From Toensbergia leucococca (taxonomy: Eukaryota): a DNA stretch of 35,505 nt. The DNA is taken from NCBI GenBank assembly GCA_022813965.1, contig JALDZS010000223.1, positions 1 through 35,505 on the forward strand, given 5' to 3'. Under the pieces are notes generated by a model, which saw only the letters and a list, made by a program, of their open reading frames with translations, did not search any database and was not told where the DNA came from. A program made the position numbers and the translations under genes. Of this stretch, positions 1 to 13,783 are shown piece after piece (positions within the stretch are counted from its first letter, which is position 1; each line of letters opens with the position of its first letter).

Positions 1-3000
1 CGAATGAGTCCTCTAGCCATACACTAATAGCATCGAAGACAGTTGGAGACATTGCTACATTGTCAAATTGCAACAACTTCAGATCTTTCTCTCCTACGGA
101 TGTCTATCAGTAAACCAGATGAAAGCATCGCAGCATACGCCCCACTGTGTCATCCTTATCAAACTCGCCTCTGTGCGGAGCTGGAGGCTCGCTTTGGTGA
201 TATCGCGGTCTTGTCGAAGCTTTTTCGGTTTTCTAGAGCAGCGACCTCTGAGTTAGGTGAGTGGTGTGCCGATGTTGTGTGGACTCTTGGCTTGGCAATT
301 GAGGAAGCACGTAAAGTTGAGGGAAAATTGGAACGATCCTTTCTAGCCGATGAGGACAATCGACCCATCGAAATGCTCGATGCTGAGCTTCGGCGCTTGC
401 GCGAGGCTAGGGACGTGGTCAGCAATTGGACATTGCTACCGCCTCTGGCTGAGGGTAATCTGCTCAGTCCGAAAGTCTTGCTACTAAAGAATTATCTGGA
501 ACTTGTCTTCGAAAAACCCACCGGTGCTAGGTGCATTGTTTTTGTCAAGCGCCGCTATACTGCAAGAGTCTTAGCGGAGCTCTTTGCTCAGTGGAAGATG
601 CCCAATCTCCATCTCGGACTACTAATCGGCACACGCCAGGGCGACCCTGGCGATGTTAAGATTTCTTTCCGACAGCAAGTCCTGACACTCATGAAGTTCA
701 AAAAAGGAGAAGTGAACTGTCTTGTGGGTATCTCTGTCCCTATGTTTTACTATGTTGGACATACTAAGTCCCAAGCAGTTTGCAACTGCTATAGCAGAAG
801 AAGGACTAGATATCCCTAATTGTAATTTGATAGTAAGGTGAGCAACCTTAGCAGGCATCACATGGCACTCAGTAATATCATTAGGTTCGACCTTTACGAG
901 ACTTTGATCCAATACATACAAAGCAGAGGTCGAGCGCGTCATGCTAATTCAAAGGTAACACCCCTCGCAGATCTGTTGCTTTGGAAAGCTGACAATAGAA
1001 GTACATACACATGATAGAAGATGGTAATCCACTACATATACAAGGCGTCAGAAATGTGCGTCTTGGAGAAGTATGTTGTTTGAATATCTGTTGTTTAATT
1101 GAGGACTGAAACGCTATAGGAAGTGATGCGAAAGTTTTGTGAGGCTTTGCCAGCCGATCGTTTATTGCAAGGCAGCGATGTCAGCCTGGACTCCACACTT
1201 GCCAAGGAACGGTCTTTGAGAAGCTATACAGACCCCGTAACGGGTGCAAAGTTGACTTACGGATCAAGTCTGGTTGTCCTGGCTCATTTTATTGGGTGCT
1301 TGGTAGGAGAACCCATTTTCCTCTGAGTTTACGTTTCTCTTCTCTTTACCTTCTCTTCTACCTATACCTCTACACTTATCTTCTTTCTTTCCTTTGCATT
1401 CATTATTGCCTCTATCTCATGGCTAATCGCTCCAACTCTACTTCTACTTCTGTCTCCATCTCAAAACTAATATCTTCAAGCCTCATCATAGCGAAACCAA
1501 CTTACAAGCATCCTATGCCATAACAGTCGAGAACAAGCTATACGTATGTGAAGTCATTTTGCCAGAAAGTTCTCCAATTCACTCTGCCACCGGACGACCC
1601 TCTTCAAAACGAGCAGTCGCTAAACGGTCAGCTGCATTTGAGGCATGTATTCTCTTACGAAAAGGCGGATACTTAGACAGCAACCTCCTTCCAATTTACC
1701 ACAAGCAACTACCAGCAATGAGGAACGCCCATCTGGCACTCAATATGAAGAGATCAGGCAATTATACTATGCGGCTCAAGCCAAGTCTATGGGAGACTAC
1801 TCGTGGCTCAGCTCCTGATGAGTTCTATTTGACAGCCCTCGAGTTGGAAACCCCCGAGAACCTTGGCCGGCCTTGTCAGCCTCTTGCGTTACTGACTAGA
1901 ACCCGTCTTCCCGAAATTCCTGCCTTTACTGCCTACTTACAAGTACAAAAGACGTCTGAAGTATTGTGCACTTCAATTGCCCAAAGCTTCAGGCCCACGA
2001 CGACAGAATTAGAGCATCTAACCACTTTCACCCTTCGGATCTACAAAGACGTTTTCAATAAAACATATGAGACAAATCAGTCTCAGATGTCCTATTGGCT
2101 TGCTCCTATTCTTTCTGAATCACGTGTCACTACGGAAGAGCAGTCCGCAGAACGCTTAATTGACTGGCCAACTGTAAAGAACGTCTATGAGAATGAGGAA
2201 TTGAAGTGGACTATGGCTACACCTCATAGCTGGCTCTCTAATCGTTATGTCATTGATAGATGGGATGGAGGTCGACGCTTTTTCTCCGACAAAGTAGTAC
2301 CGGAGATGCGACCCCTTGATCCGTTGCCTGCTGGCTGCGCGCCTCACAGGTACGATCAGAACATTCTAGATTACTCCGTCAGTCTCTTCTCGAAGGCCAG
2401 GGGGAGAGCAAAATGGCAAGACGATCAGCCTGTCTTTTTGGCTCATAGGAATCTTCACCGTCTCAATTGGCTAGACCAACTGCAAGAGCAGGAGTTAAAA
2501 GCGATGACTGTCAGCTACCTCTGCCCAGAGCCACTAAAATTTTCAGCTGTGAGTGCGGTAGTTGTCTAGGATGGCGTGAAATACTGACGCATCTATAGCT
2601 ACCTACTACTGTTGCTGCTATGAGCTATCTTTTCTCAGCCATCATTCATCGAATTGATGCCTACCTTATTGCTTTAGAGGCCTGTGAGATGCTAGGACTC
2701 GAGATAAAACCCCATCTGGCTCTTGAGGCTGTTACAAAGGACTCTGACAATACTGACGAACACAGAGCCGAACAGATTCATGTGCAACGAGGAATGGGCA
2801 GGAATTATGAGCGACTCGAATTTATTGGTGATTGCTTTTTGAAGATGGCGACCTCAATTTCATTGTTCGCCAAAAATCCAGACAATGACGAATACGAATT
2901 TCATGTCAAACGGATGCTCTTACTCTGCAACAAGACCCTGTTTGACAATGCACTCCAGTTGAAACTGTATGAGTACATTCGTACCCAGGGATTTTCGAGG

Positions 3001-4371
3001 TTGGTGGCCAGTACTGCATTTCAGCATCACCTCTAGCTAACTTTGACAGGCGCACATGGTACCCACAAGGGCTGAAGCTTCTAGAAGGTAAAGGCTCTAC
3101 AAAGACTGGTACAGAAGTCCACAAACATCAGCTTGGGGATAAGTCAATAGCGGATGTCTGTGAAGCCTTGATTGGAGCTGCTCTGCTATCTTATCAATCC
3201 ACAGGTAACATGGACATGGCTGTAAAGGCTGTTACCGTAATGGTGTCCAGTCCACAACATGACGTCTCGAAATGGGAGGACTACTACAAATTGTATACAA
3301 AGCCGAGATATCAACTAGCTTCATCATCCGCGGCCACCCTTGATCTTGCGATCAAGATTGAGCAAAAACACGGATACCACTTCAATTACCCAAGGCTTCT
3401 TCAGTCAGCATTCATACATCCTTCGTGTCCGTTTGCATGGCAAAAGATCCCGTGTTACCAGCGATTGGAATTCCTGGGAGACTCTTTACTCGACATGGCC
3501 TGTGTCAACTTTCTTTTCTATCGCCATCCCGACAGGGATCCACAATGGCTCACAGAGCATAAGGTTAGCTTTCCGTAACACTCTTATATCTGAACAACCT
3601 TGACAGCAACACTTAGATGGCGATGGTATCGAACAAATTTTTCGGTGCTCTAGCAGTCAAACTCGGTTTTAATAAACACCTCCGTTTCAATGGTCCGGGC
3701 GTACAGTACGAGATAGGTCAATACGTCGCCGAATATGAAGAAGTCGAGAGGGAGTCCAAAGGAAGTCGCGACTATTGGACCTTGACCAAAGATCCTCCAA
3801 AGGTAAACTTCATTGAAACTTACCGTAGCTGCGAGAAACATTCAATCTGATCATGACCATAGTGTCTACCTGACATCGTCGAAGCATACGTCGGCGCCAT
3901 CTTTGTAGATTCCGAATTCAATTACAAAGTGGTCGAACATTTCTTCGACACCCATATCCGCTGGTTTTTCGAAGACATGAACATTTACGATACCTTTGCC
4001 AACAACCACCCTACGGTACCTTTCCCCCCCTTCCCCCCTTGCCCACTCCAACACAAGCGAAGATTACCAAGCTAAAAAACAACTAAAACCAGACCTACCT
4101 CCACAGCCTCCTAACCAACAACTTCGGCTGCACCCACTACCGCCTCATGGCCAACGAACTGCCCTCCATCGACGGCTCCCCCATCGTCGTCGTCGCAGTC
4201 GTCATGATCCACGAGGAAATTGTCACGGATGCTCAGGCGTCCTCGGGCAAGAATGCCAAGGTCAAGGCTAGTGCCAATGCCCTGAAATTGCTGGCTGGGG
4301 TGGCGCCGTTTGAGTTTCGCGCTAAGTATATGTGTGATTGTGGGAGGGTTAAAGGGGAGGAGGTGGGGTAA
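1..4371 (+). CDS. dcl1: Dicer-like protein 1 (helicase C-terminal, Dicer dimerisation, PAZ-like, two RNase III domains, C-terminal dsRBD); 5' end outside window; multi-exon
   Basis: Motifs: helicase [21 protein letters not shown] and YIQSRGRAR; RNase IIIa [14 protein letters not shown]; RNase IIIb [13 protein letters not shown] and [16 protein letters not shown]-terminal C..H..CxC. Inferred exons: ~39-723, 779-837, 885-954, ~1002-1070, 1120-1302, 1481-2548, 2599-2999, 3050-3563, 3617-3802, 3863-4015, 4093-4371. All are joined by GT-AG introns that keep the frame. The window starts inside an intron. Confidence 0.95.
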
Positions 4372-5853
4372 GAGGGGGGGGAAAAATGAGGTGAGTTTTG
4401 GCTGAGGGAGGTGGTGGAAGAGGATGTTTGGGAAGAGGGGGGGAGGGTTGTTGGTGAGGGGTGAGAGAATGAAGTGTGTTTTTTTTCCACAGCGACTTTT
4501 TGGCACTTTTTATGCCTTTCACTACATGGTTCACTATGTCACAATTTGGGCCTAGACCACCCCGTTGTAATCTTTCTAAGCCCTTGAATCCTTAGTGAGC
4601 CACTCATACCACTCCGATTTGCATAGTTTCAGAAACCTCATAGCTAATATCCTGGTTCAATCGCATCGACAAATCCAGTCCATCCACGAGACCCTATCCC
4701 CGCGGGAACTTGAAAGTGGCTGTCTTCTTTTGTAAGCCGTGGCGCTATGATATCGACATGGTAGTGCTTCATTCATTCACAAATCTTGAATGAAATCTAC
4801 CCGTCCTGTTTTCCACAACAACAAACGGGCCCCATTTCATCATTCCCCGCTTACCCCCCCCCCCCCAAAAAATAATCAAAAATTTTTTTTATGAGTCTTG
4901 GTTGAGAATAATCTGATGATTTTTTTTTTCTAAGTTCTGTAGAAATGCTGTCGGGACTTTTTTGGGGGACGCCCGGGTTTTTTTGTGTGTGATTGGTTCT
5001 TGTGGCCCTATCTTATACTTGTAGTCGGTTTTGGACTGAGATTGGATTTGGTTGGATCGTAGCTAGGAAATGAGGAATAGGATCATTCATCAGAATAGGA
5101 GGTGTGATCACTTTGGGGGTGGGGACGGGTTTTTTTGTGGAGAGGAGAGTCAGGGATGGGTTTGATTGAGTTGAAGGGGGGGAGGAAAGGGTAAGGATAA
5201 AGGTGTGAAATTCAAATCCTGGGACAATTTAGCCATTGGTGTTTTGTGAGAGAAGTTTAATTCAAAGAATGAGAAATAGGGATGAAGATGTGTTTGGGTG
5301 AGATGTGGGTTTTCTTTAGGTTTTTTGGGGGGGTTCTGGGGTTGGCATTTCGTGTGGAGGTTAGGATTAAATGGCATTGGGAGTAGGAATTGGAAGAAGA
5401 GGAGGAAGAGGAAAAGGAAAAGGAAAAAAGTTAGGTGCCCTGTACTATGATACTCCACCGAGGAAGCCCCGAGCTATTTGAGCCCAACGGTGCCGCCATA
5501 AATCTCAAATTAAGCCCTCCCCACCATCAATCATGAAATAGAAAAAAAAAAAGCAACAAGTGCAAAAAAGAGCGACCAAAGTCCATGTTTTTCCCTCCAC
5601 CCCCAACCGCAGAAACTAAGCACTGCCAATCTATCCATCTATGTTCCCCGCAAATAATTCTGATCAAAAAAAATAAAATAAAATAGGAAACGATGTATTT
5701 TTTGGCAACACGGGCTAAACATTACTTTTTCGAAAGAATAAGCGTTAACAATACCACCCGCCCCCCAAAAGCAATCCGAAGCAAAAACAGACAATTCAAA
5801 ATCCCCAGAAAATTGAAATGGCTTCTCTAGTCCCTTTATCCACCTCCCTCAAT
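4372..5853. repeat. Low-complexity, homopolymer-rich spacer between the convergent dcl1 and URA2 3' ends
   Basis: Many poly-C, poly-T, poly-A and poly-G runs and purine-rich blocks (e.g. 4854-4866, 4920-4928, 5400-5430, 5542-5552). No credible coding frame. Confidence 0.75.
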
Positions 5854-8800
5854 TCAGGGCGCCATAACGAGAGCCAGAAGCGCCATCCTGATGTAAAGCC
5901 CGTATCGCATCTATATGTTCCCCCAAGTCAGCAAATATTGCATCCCGCCGAAAGAAAGGCCAATTCAGTCTCTCTCTCAAAGCAACACAGCAGAGGGACA
6001 CATACCTGTCTAAAATACGCCGCCCGCTGATCAAAATCCACCTCCTCTCCAATTTCATTATTCCTCGGCAGCGGATGCAAGACAATCATATGCGCCTTTG
6101 CATGTTTCAAAATAGTATTGTCCACCACGAAACTATTCTTCAACATCTCATACTCAGCCAAGTCCTCGAATCTCTCCTTTTGTACTCGGGTGCAGTACAA
6201 GACATCACTTGCGGCGACGATTTCGGGTGTTAATTCATTGGATTCGGATATCAGTTGGCCAGAGCTTATGAGTAGCTGGCGAACGTCCGAAGGAAGAGCC
6301 AAGGCTGATGGTGAGACGAGCTGGATGCGGACGCCGTAGTGTTGGAGGAGCTTGACGAGGGAGTGGACTGTGCGGCCGTAGCGGAGATCGCCGGTGAAGG
6401 TGATGGTGAGGCCTGCCACTGTGCCTAATTCTTCGCGAATCGTAAAGAGATCTAGGAATGCTTGGGTGGGGTGTTCTTTACTGCCGTTGCCGCCGTTGAT
6501 TATAGGTACGGGCGAGAACTTAGCGGCAATGTCCGCGCTGGACTCGTCTGGGTGGCGGAGCACAATTGCGTCGCCGTAGCAGCCCAAGGTGCGGATGCTG
6601 TCTTGTAGAGTCTCGCCTTTCTGTGTACTAGAGTGGATTGGTGCAATTGCTACGGTACGCCCACCTAGACGTTGCATAGCGGCATCGAACGAGGCAGAGG
6701 TGCGAGTGGAAGGCTCGAAAAACATTGTACAGAGCACGCGACCTTTTAGAACATCGAGCACACCTTGACGTTGAACTCCAACGCGCATCTCCTGGGCAAC
6801 AGTAAAGAGATCATGAAGGTCATGGCGATTAAATTGGTTGACGGAGAGTATATGTCGCTGCTTAAAGGGCGATCGAGCCAACAGGTCATGAAGAGAGACG
6901 GAAACTGGCAGGACTGAATGATGCAGTGGAGAACCCAGCTCCTCCACTGTGGAGGACACCATACCACCTAATGACTGTGTATGATGACCCTCTAAATGCC
7001 GGGCTCTGTTGAGCGGCTTTGTAGAAAGGTGCGATAGACGTCTACCACGAGAGCTATCGGATCGAGGATGGGTGATTGGCGATGAGATTGGCTTTACAGC
7101 TGGTGATTGCGGTAGAATTGAATGGGCTGACATGTTTTCCCCATAGCATGCCTCAGATATCAGCTCAGCATCAAGGCAGGCAGTTTTATCTCCAAAGATG
7201 ACTCTTTGTACGGATCCTTGCATCGTTTTACCAACAAACGGCGACCAAACGGAGGATGGTTGCATTACATAAGGTCGATCAGTTTCAATTTCGATCCATG
7301 TCCCCACTTGTTCGTGGAGTTCGAAAATCTCCTTGGGGTTGTTGTGAAGCCTGATAATGATGTCGTCCATTGTCAGACGACCTTCAGCCACTGCTGTGAG
7401 AAGTAGAGGAAGAGTGTCCGCAATGCCTACTGCTGGAGTTGCTTTTTCCCCGGCCTCAAAGGCTACTTTGTATGGAAGACTTCCAATGGAGAAGATGTCA
7501 ATTATCTCCATGTGCTCCCAGAGTACTTTCTGGTCCTTTGCAGTTGGTAGAATCAAAAATTGGGGGTAGTCTTCTTGTGATAAAAACAATGCATAGACAG
7601 ACACATCACAAGTCACTTGCAGTCCCTTCGATTTGCTTAGGGCAATGAGTTGGATGTCGTCGCTCGTGGTCACACTCGTAACGTGCAGCTTGCGATTGTG
7701 GAGACTCGCTAAGAGCAATACCGAAGCTAGGTCAGTGGTTTTTGCATCGGTGACCATTGGCTTGCTGGCGGGCCATGCGGCGAAATGGGATGTGATGGCA
7801 GCAACTTTGCTGATGTTGCCAGACAAATGGTTGAAAGGGATGAATAGGGAACCGACTTCGCCAGTGACTATGCTGACCTGCTCTGAATTAGACGACGTTG
7901 CTGCAACAGAAAAATTGTAATCGCAGAAAGCTCCTGGTCGGCTGTTGTACTGAGCTACTTTGAGCGATCGTGCGTCTGTCACGGATCCCTCAAGGCCTAA
8001 GGGCATCACTCGAATCATGCTGAATCCGGCAGCAATTGAAGCCTTTGTGACTTCTTGGAAATCATGATTTCCGCTGACAGCAACTCCCGGTACGAATGCT
8101 GCAATGTTTATTAGTCCTGGTAAAACCACGGTCCGATGACTTGTTTGGTAGTCAATAATCTGAATCTCGAAATCGTAGTGTCTGGCAATTGCTTCGATTA
8201 GAATCTTCGCGTTCTTGACATTAGTCACCAGAGGGATGTGATAGTCAACGGCCATCCGACGCGTTGTGTAGCCTTTGCTCACGTAGCTGGCCGGTCTTCG
8301 AAAGCGATTATTTGACGGCAGATTGATGTACAAGTCAATCAGGTTGTTAGCCAGATGCTGTGTCAGCGAATATTCCGACTTCTGATTTTCTTGCTCGCTT
8401 GCTAAAACCTCTAGGTATTGCACAGCAATTCCTTGTTCCTCCAAGTAGTCCGCCGTTCCAGCAGTTGCAAATATTTTATATCCCAAATCATGTAATTTTC
8501 TAATGGACGGTAGCATCTCCGTCTTGTCCTTAAAGGAACCGATTGACAAGAGTATGTTTTTCTTAGGAAGACGGAATCCTGTCGACATCAGTGCCTTGAT
8601 GTAAGCTTCGTACTTATCTCGACCAAAGCATGCAACTTCTCCTGTGGACGCCATTTCCACGCCCAAAACTGGATCCGCACCGGAAAGCCTAGGAAAGGAA
8701 AATTGAGGAACCTTCACCCCAACATAGTCTTTGGGAATGTCAGTGGGTTGATATTCAATGAGAGGGACATCCATAATCGCTTTCGTTGCGAGCTCTATCA

Positions 8801-11800
8801 TATCCACCCCCATTACTTTAGATATGAAGGGAAACGACCTCGAGGCTCGGACATTGCATTCGATGACCTTGATTTCATTGTCTTTGGCAATGAATTGTAT
8901 ATTGAATGGACCGGTGACATTGAGTGCGATCCCAATCTTTCTCGTCGCCTCCTCAATCCTTCGCACAGTCTCTGGGTCGAGGTCTTGCGGGGGTAGGATG
9001 AGCGTTGCATCCCCTGAATGTACGCCTGCATTTTCGACATGCTCAGAGATAAAGTGTCCCACCATTGTACCATCCCGAGCGACCGCATCCATCTCTATCT
9101 CTTTGGCATTCTCAATATACTTCGTTATTACCACAGGATGATCTCTAGATACCTCTACTGCTTGATCCAAATAACTGGCAAGGTCATCTTTGGAGTATAC
9201 CGTATTCATTGCGGCGCCAGATAGAACGTATGATGGTCTGACTAAGACTGGATATGTGACTTTATCGCAGAACTCTGTAGCTTCTTCAATGCTAGTCAGC
9301 TCCTTCCACGCTGGCTGATCGACAAAGATACGGTCCAGCATACGGGAGAACTTGTATCGATTCTCAGCCATATCAATCATCTCTGGCGATGTCCCTAGGA
9401 CTCGGACGTTTAAACGATGAAGTGGTAAAGCAATGTTATTTGGTGTCTGACCGCCCATGGAAATTATAACACCGCTGGACAATTCCAGCTGATAGATATC
9501 CAGGACTGTCTCCAGCTGGATGTTCTCAAAGTACAGTCTATCGGCCTCGTCGTAATCAGTGCTTACAGTCTCGGGATTATAATTTACCATGACCGTTTTG
9601 AATCCTTGATCTCTCAACGTCCGGATAGCTCTAACAGAGCACCAGTCAAACTCGACTGAGGAACCGATACGATACACGCCAGACCCAAGTACCATGACGC
9701 CATGTTCATCAAAGTTGATGTCGTGCTCGGAACCGTTGTATGTTAGATATAGATAATTTGTGAAAGCTGGAAATTCAGCTGCAACAGTATCAATTTGCTT
9801 CACAACTGGCGTAATACCTGCCTCTAGCCGCAGCCGGCGTACGGCCATTTCATTCGAACTCCAAAATCTAGCCAATTGCCGGTCCGAGAATCCCAATCCT
9901 TTTGCCTGGCGTACGAGATGTCGAGGAATAGATGATGCACTGAACGTGCTCATATACTTCCCAAAGTCGCTCAGTCCTTTGAGCTTACTCAAGAACCACT
10001 TGTCAATCATGGTCATCTCCCAGATCTTCTGCACACTATAGCCCGAATGCATGGCGTTTGCGATTGCAAACAACCGCTGATCAGAGGGAGTCTGAAGCTC
10101 GTTATCGATAGACATTAATGCATTAGTGTCGTTAAAGCCGAGATTATGAAAATCTATCGCCCGAATCGCCTTCTGCATAGCCTCCTCAAAGGTTCGTCCA
10201 ATACTCATGACCTCTCCTACACTCTTCATAGATGAATTTAGCTGAGTAGACACTCTAGTAAATTTTTTGAGATCCCACCGTGGAATTTTCACAACCACAT
10301 AATCTAGCGATGGTTCAAAACATGCGCATGTAACTTTGGTGACTGTGTTCGAAATCTCGTTCAAAGGGATGCCCAAGCCTAGTTTGGCGGCCACGAATGC
10401 CAAGGGGTAGCCTGTCGCCTTCGAAGCTAATGCTGATGATCTCGACAGCCGCGCGTTAACTTCGATAATGCAGTATTCTCGAGAAAAAGGGTTCAAGGCA
10501 TATTGAATATTGCATTCTCCAACGACCCCAAGATGCCGAATCACGTTCACAGCCGTTGTTCGCAGCATGTTGTAATCTTCGTCAGATAATGTCTGGGAAG
10601 GTGCCACCACGATAGAGTCCCCAGTATGGATTCCAAGAGGATCGAAATTCTCCATATTACAAACGGTGATGCAATTGTCCCTAGCATCTCGAACGACCTC
10701 ATATTCAATCTCTTTCCAACCTTTCATACTTCTTTCTATCAGCAGCTGTGGGCTGGAGGCAAATGCCATAGTACACAGATCGAGCAACTCTCTTTCATTA
10801 TTTGCAAAACCACTACCCAAGCCACCGAGAGCAAAAGCTGCACGTACAATGACAGGAAAGCCAATATCTTTCACGACGTGCAAAGCTTCCTCAACTGTGC
10901 TTGCAGAAGCTGATTTGGCACACTTCTCACCGATAGATTCCATACTGCGAGCAAATAGCTCTCGATCCTCTGTCGTAATGATAGTTTCAATTGGAGTTCC
11001 GAGAACCTGCACACCTAGCCGTTCAAATTCGTCCTTTAGCTGTATTCCCACTTGTAAAGCAGTTTGCCCGCCAAATGTAACGTAGATGGCGTCAGGTCGC
11101 TCATGCTTGATGACTTTCCGCACGAAATCAGCAGTCACGGGTAAAAAATAGACCTTGTCGGCAAGGCCTTTCGAAGTCTGGATCGTAGCAATGTTGGGAT
11201 TTATGAGGATCGTGTAAATGTTTTCTCGCTTCAGTGCCTTGATGGCTTGGCTTCCAGAGTAGTCAAACTCGCCAGCCTGACCGATACTCAGTCCTCCACT
11301 TCCAAGAAGTAGAACTTTCTTAACGTTGACCCGTGGATGCAGTCTCTCGTTTTCGTCGGCAGTTCCACCTGGGAATGTTATAGAATTAAGCAGTGTTTGA
11401 GCTGACTTAATGCTATTTCTAATAGCGCTAATGAATACATCGAAGAGAAACTCGGTATCTCGCGGTCCAGGCGCACTTTCAGGGTGGAATTGAACACTAA
11501 AGTATGGACGGCTTAAGTGTCTGATCCCTTCATTACTTCCATCATTGGCGTTTACGAAAAGCTCTTCCCAACCGTCAGGAAGCTTCGTCGCATTAACGGC
11601 AAAGCCGTGATTTTGTGAAGTAATGTAGCACTTTCCAGACAATAGATTAGTACATGGGATGTTATGGCCTCGATTGCCGAATTTCATTTTGACCGTCTGG
11701 GCTCCAGCAGCACGGGCTAGAAGCTGATGGCCAAGGCAGATACCGAAAATTGGAGTCCTACCCTGTTTCACAGCTGCCGAGATATGCTGCACAGTCTTTG

Positions 11801-12699
11801 AGAGAGTCGCCGGGTCTCCCGGTCCGTTGGAGATAAAAAGGCCGTCATAATCATTTTCACCATAATTTAGGAAATCGAAGTCCCACGGCACGACCTGCAC
11901 CTCCACACCTCTTGAAACAAGACACCTGAGTTGGTTATATTTTAGCCCTACATCGATACAAACAACTCTGACAGGCCTTCCAGAAGGATGGTGTAAAGCG
12001 TCAATCTCAGATGGAGCGTATAGACGTGGCTCTCGAATAGAAACTATCAGATAAGGTTAGAGCTGAACCGGAAAGGTGATTGACGTAGAAGACTCTCTCA
12101 CCATCGACCACAAGATTCCTCGTGTTCGGATCCACCCAGTCAATACAGTCGAAAATTGGTCGAGTCTGGGCTGATGGATTTTCCAGCTCTCCATTCAGTG
12201 CTGTCTGCTCACGAACCACGCCATCACTCTTCTGATGTAGCTCCATTAAAATTTTTCCGAGCATGCTCCCTTCCTCACGAATCCGTTTTGTCAAGGCGCG
12301 AGTATCAACACCATGTATGGCAGGAATACCTTGTTCTTTCAACCAAGCACCTAATGAACATGTAGCTAGGTGATGCGAAAAGTCTTCTCCGCTATATGAA
12401 GCAACAACGAGACCGGCGACATGAATCTCAGTAGCCTCAAAGTTTGCCCGCAAGCCATGGAGGAGCTTGTCCATTAGATCTCTTGAAGGAACACCATAAT
12501 TGCCGACTAATGGGAAGGTAAAAACTAGGATCTGTCCTCGGTATGAGGGATCTGTCAGTGATTCAGGATAGCCCACCATGCCAGTCTGAAAGACCAGTTC
12601 TCCGGCAATACTCTTTTCTGCCCCAAAGCTGAATCCGTCATATTGGGTGCCATCTTGCAGCTCTAACCGCATCATATTCTGATGCATTTCGTTATCCAT
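5854..12699 (-). CDS. URA2: Multifunctional pyrimidine synthesis protein: glutamine amidotransferase + carbamoyl-phosphate synthetase + dihydroorotase-like (inactive) domain + aspartate transcarbamylase
   Basis: GATase motifs [31 protein letters not shown] and SVQFHPE; CPSase motifs [20 protein letters not shown] and [22 protein letters not shown]; ATCase motifs [14 protein letters not shown] and HPLPR. Exons 12699-12102, 12043-6006 and 5910-5854, with introns 12101-12044 and 6005-5911. The last exon encodes [18 protein letters not shown]. The start codon is uncertain (see findings). Confidence 0.97.
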
Positions 12700-13223
12700 T
12701 TGTACTAGGATCGGAACATCTGAATCTGCATGTAGTCTAGCATTAAAAAGTTTGTCGATAGGTTATCCGGTCGTTGCAGCAGCCACAGGACTAGTTGGCA
12801 AGATGAGGGACGTGTGTTTACAAATAGTAAACGTTGATGAGCGAAGTGTCAAAGGAAGGACTATTTCTGAATTCACCGAAAGGGACATAGTCTTCCCACA
12901 TGGCTGATAACACAAATTAACACACAAACTTTCAACACGTCTATCATGGTCCAAAGTTGAGGGTCATCTCCATGAGGAGTTTCTTCGTCCAATTGGAAGA
13001 ATTTTGGAACATTTCAGTCAGCTTGGAGCGAGAAATTTTCTGCCGCTTGGGATCAGGGGTCCACCTGCTATTCTAGAATATCTTGCGCGCATAAATCTTA
13101 AATCAAACCTTATCCTCGTCAAGAGTCAACATCGAAAGTTAAGGCAGCTGTCAAGTAAGGGTAAGGTAGGTAGACTAGGAGACTACCTTAGGTAGACAAG
13201 CTTGGTATTTCATATTGCTAGAC

Positions 13224-13230
13224 TGACTCA
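13224..13230. promoter_or_regulatory. Candidate Gcn4/CpcA (AP-1-type) site TGACTCA in the divergent URA2 / channel promoter
   Basis: Exact TGACTCA about 525 bp upstream of the URA2 ATG. A 7-mer can occur by chance. Confidence 0.3.
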
Positions 13231-13293
13231 CTAGAGTAACCGTGACATTGAGCCTCACTATTCCGCCGGCGCAATTTCCAAGGTGCTGTTCTA

Positions 13294-13301
13294 CACGTGA
13301 T
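13294..13301. promoter_or_regulatory. Candidate bHLH E-box (CACGTG; ATCACGTG on the minus strand, Cbf1/Pho4-type)
   Basis: Sequence CACGTGAT in the divergent promoter region. Motif match only. Confidence 0.25.
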
Positions 13302-13783
13302 GTAGAATAATAGACTCTGTTCTATATGACAATAATGAACGTGCAGTCCACATGTACTGTTGGCCTTGTTGACCGTCCAGCTAATTGAGGATCCGAGTCA
13401 CAAAAGCCGTTTCGTTTCCAAGCCATCTACCTGTAGTATTCCTATGTAAAGACTGCATTTGTGAAATGTGTTGCATCAGGCGCGGATTAGTTGACGAGAC
13501 GAAAAGGATGGCGATGTTGTGCAAGCTGTGCGCACAGACATTTTCCGTGCATTGCCAAGACGGTGAAGGAGCATCGCGGCATTTGATTCGATGGCTGTCA
13601 ATTCCAAGAATCAAAAACATCCTACCTACGGATACCTACTGTCAGATGATGGATCCTGCTCTCTCGACTCTAGATAAGCATCATAGATTACGGTACGACA
13701 CGAGCTTCCACTGAGCATGTTCGACTTCTCACTTCCTACACTGAGCACGATCCTGTCTTTACGTTTCGGACCAAGTCCTTGTT

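Noticed and set aside
7150..8130. Dihydroorotase-like domain of URA2 lacking obvious metal-binding His motifs
   Set aside because: An inactive DHOase-like domain is the normal, known state of fungal URA2.
13385..13714. Cys-rich 109-aa ORF resembling a zinc finger in the URA2/channel intergenic region
   Set aside because: It starts at TTG, the Cys spacing matches no family I recognise, and it lies in a divergent promoter/5' UTR. Probably chance.
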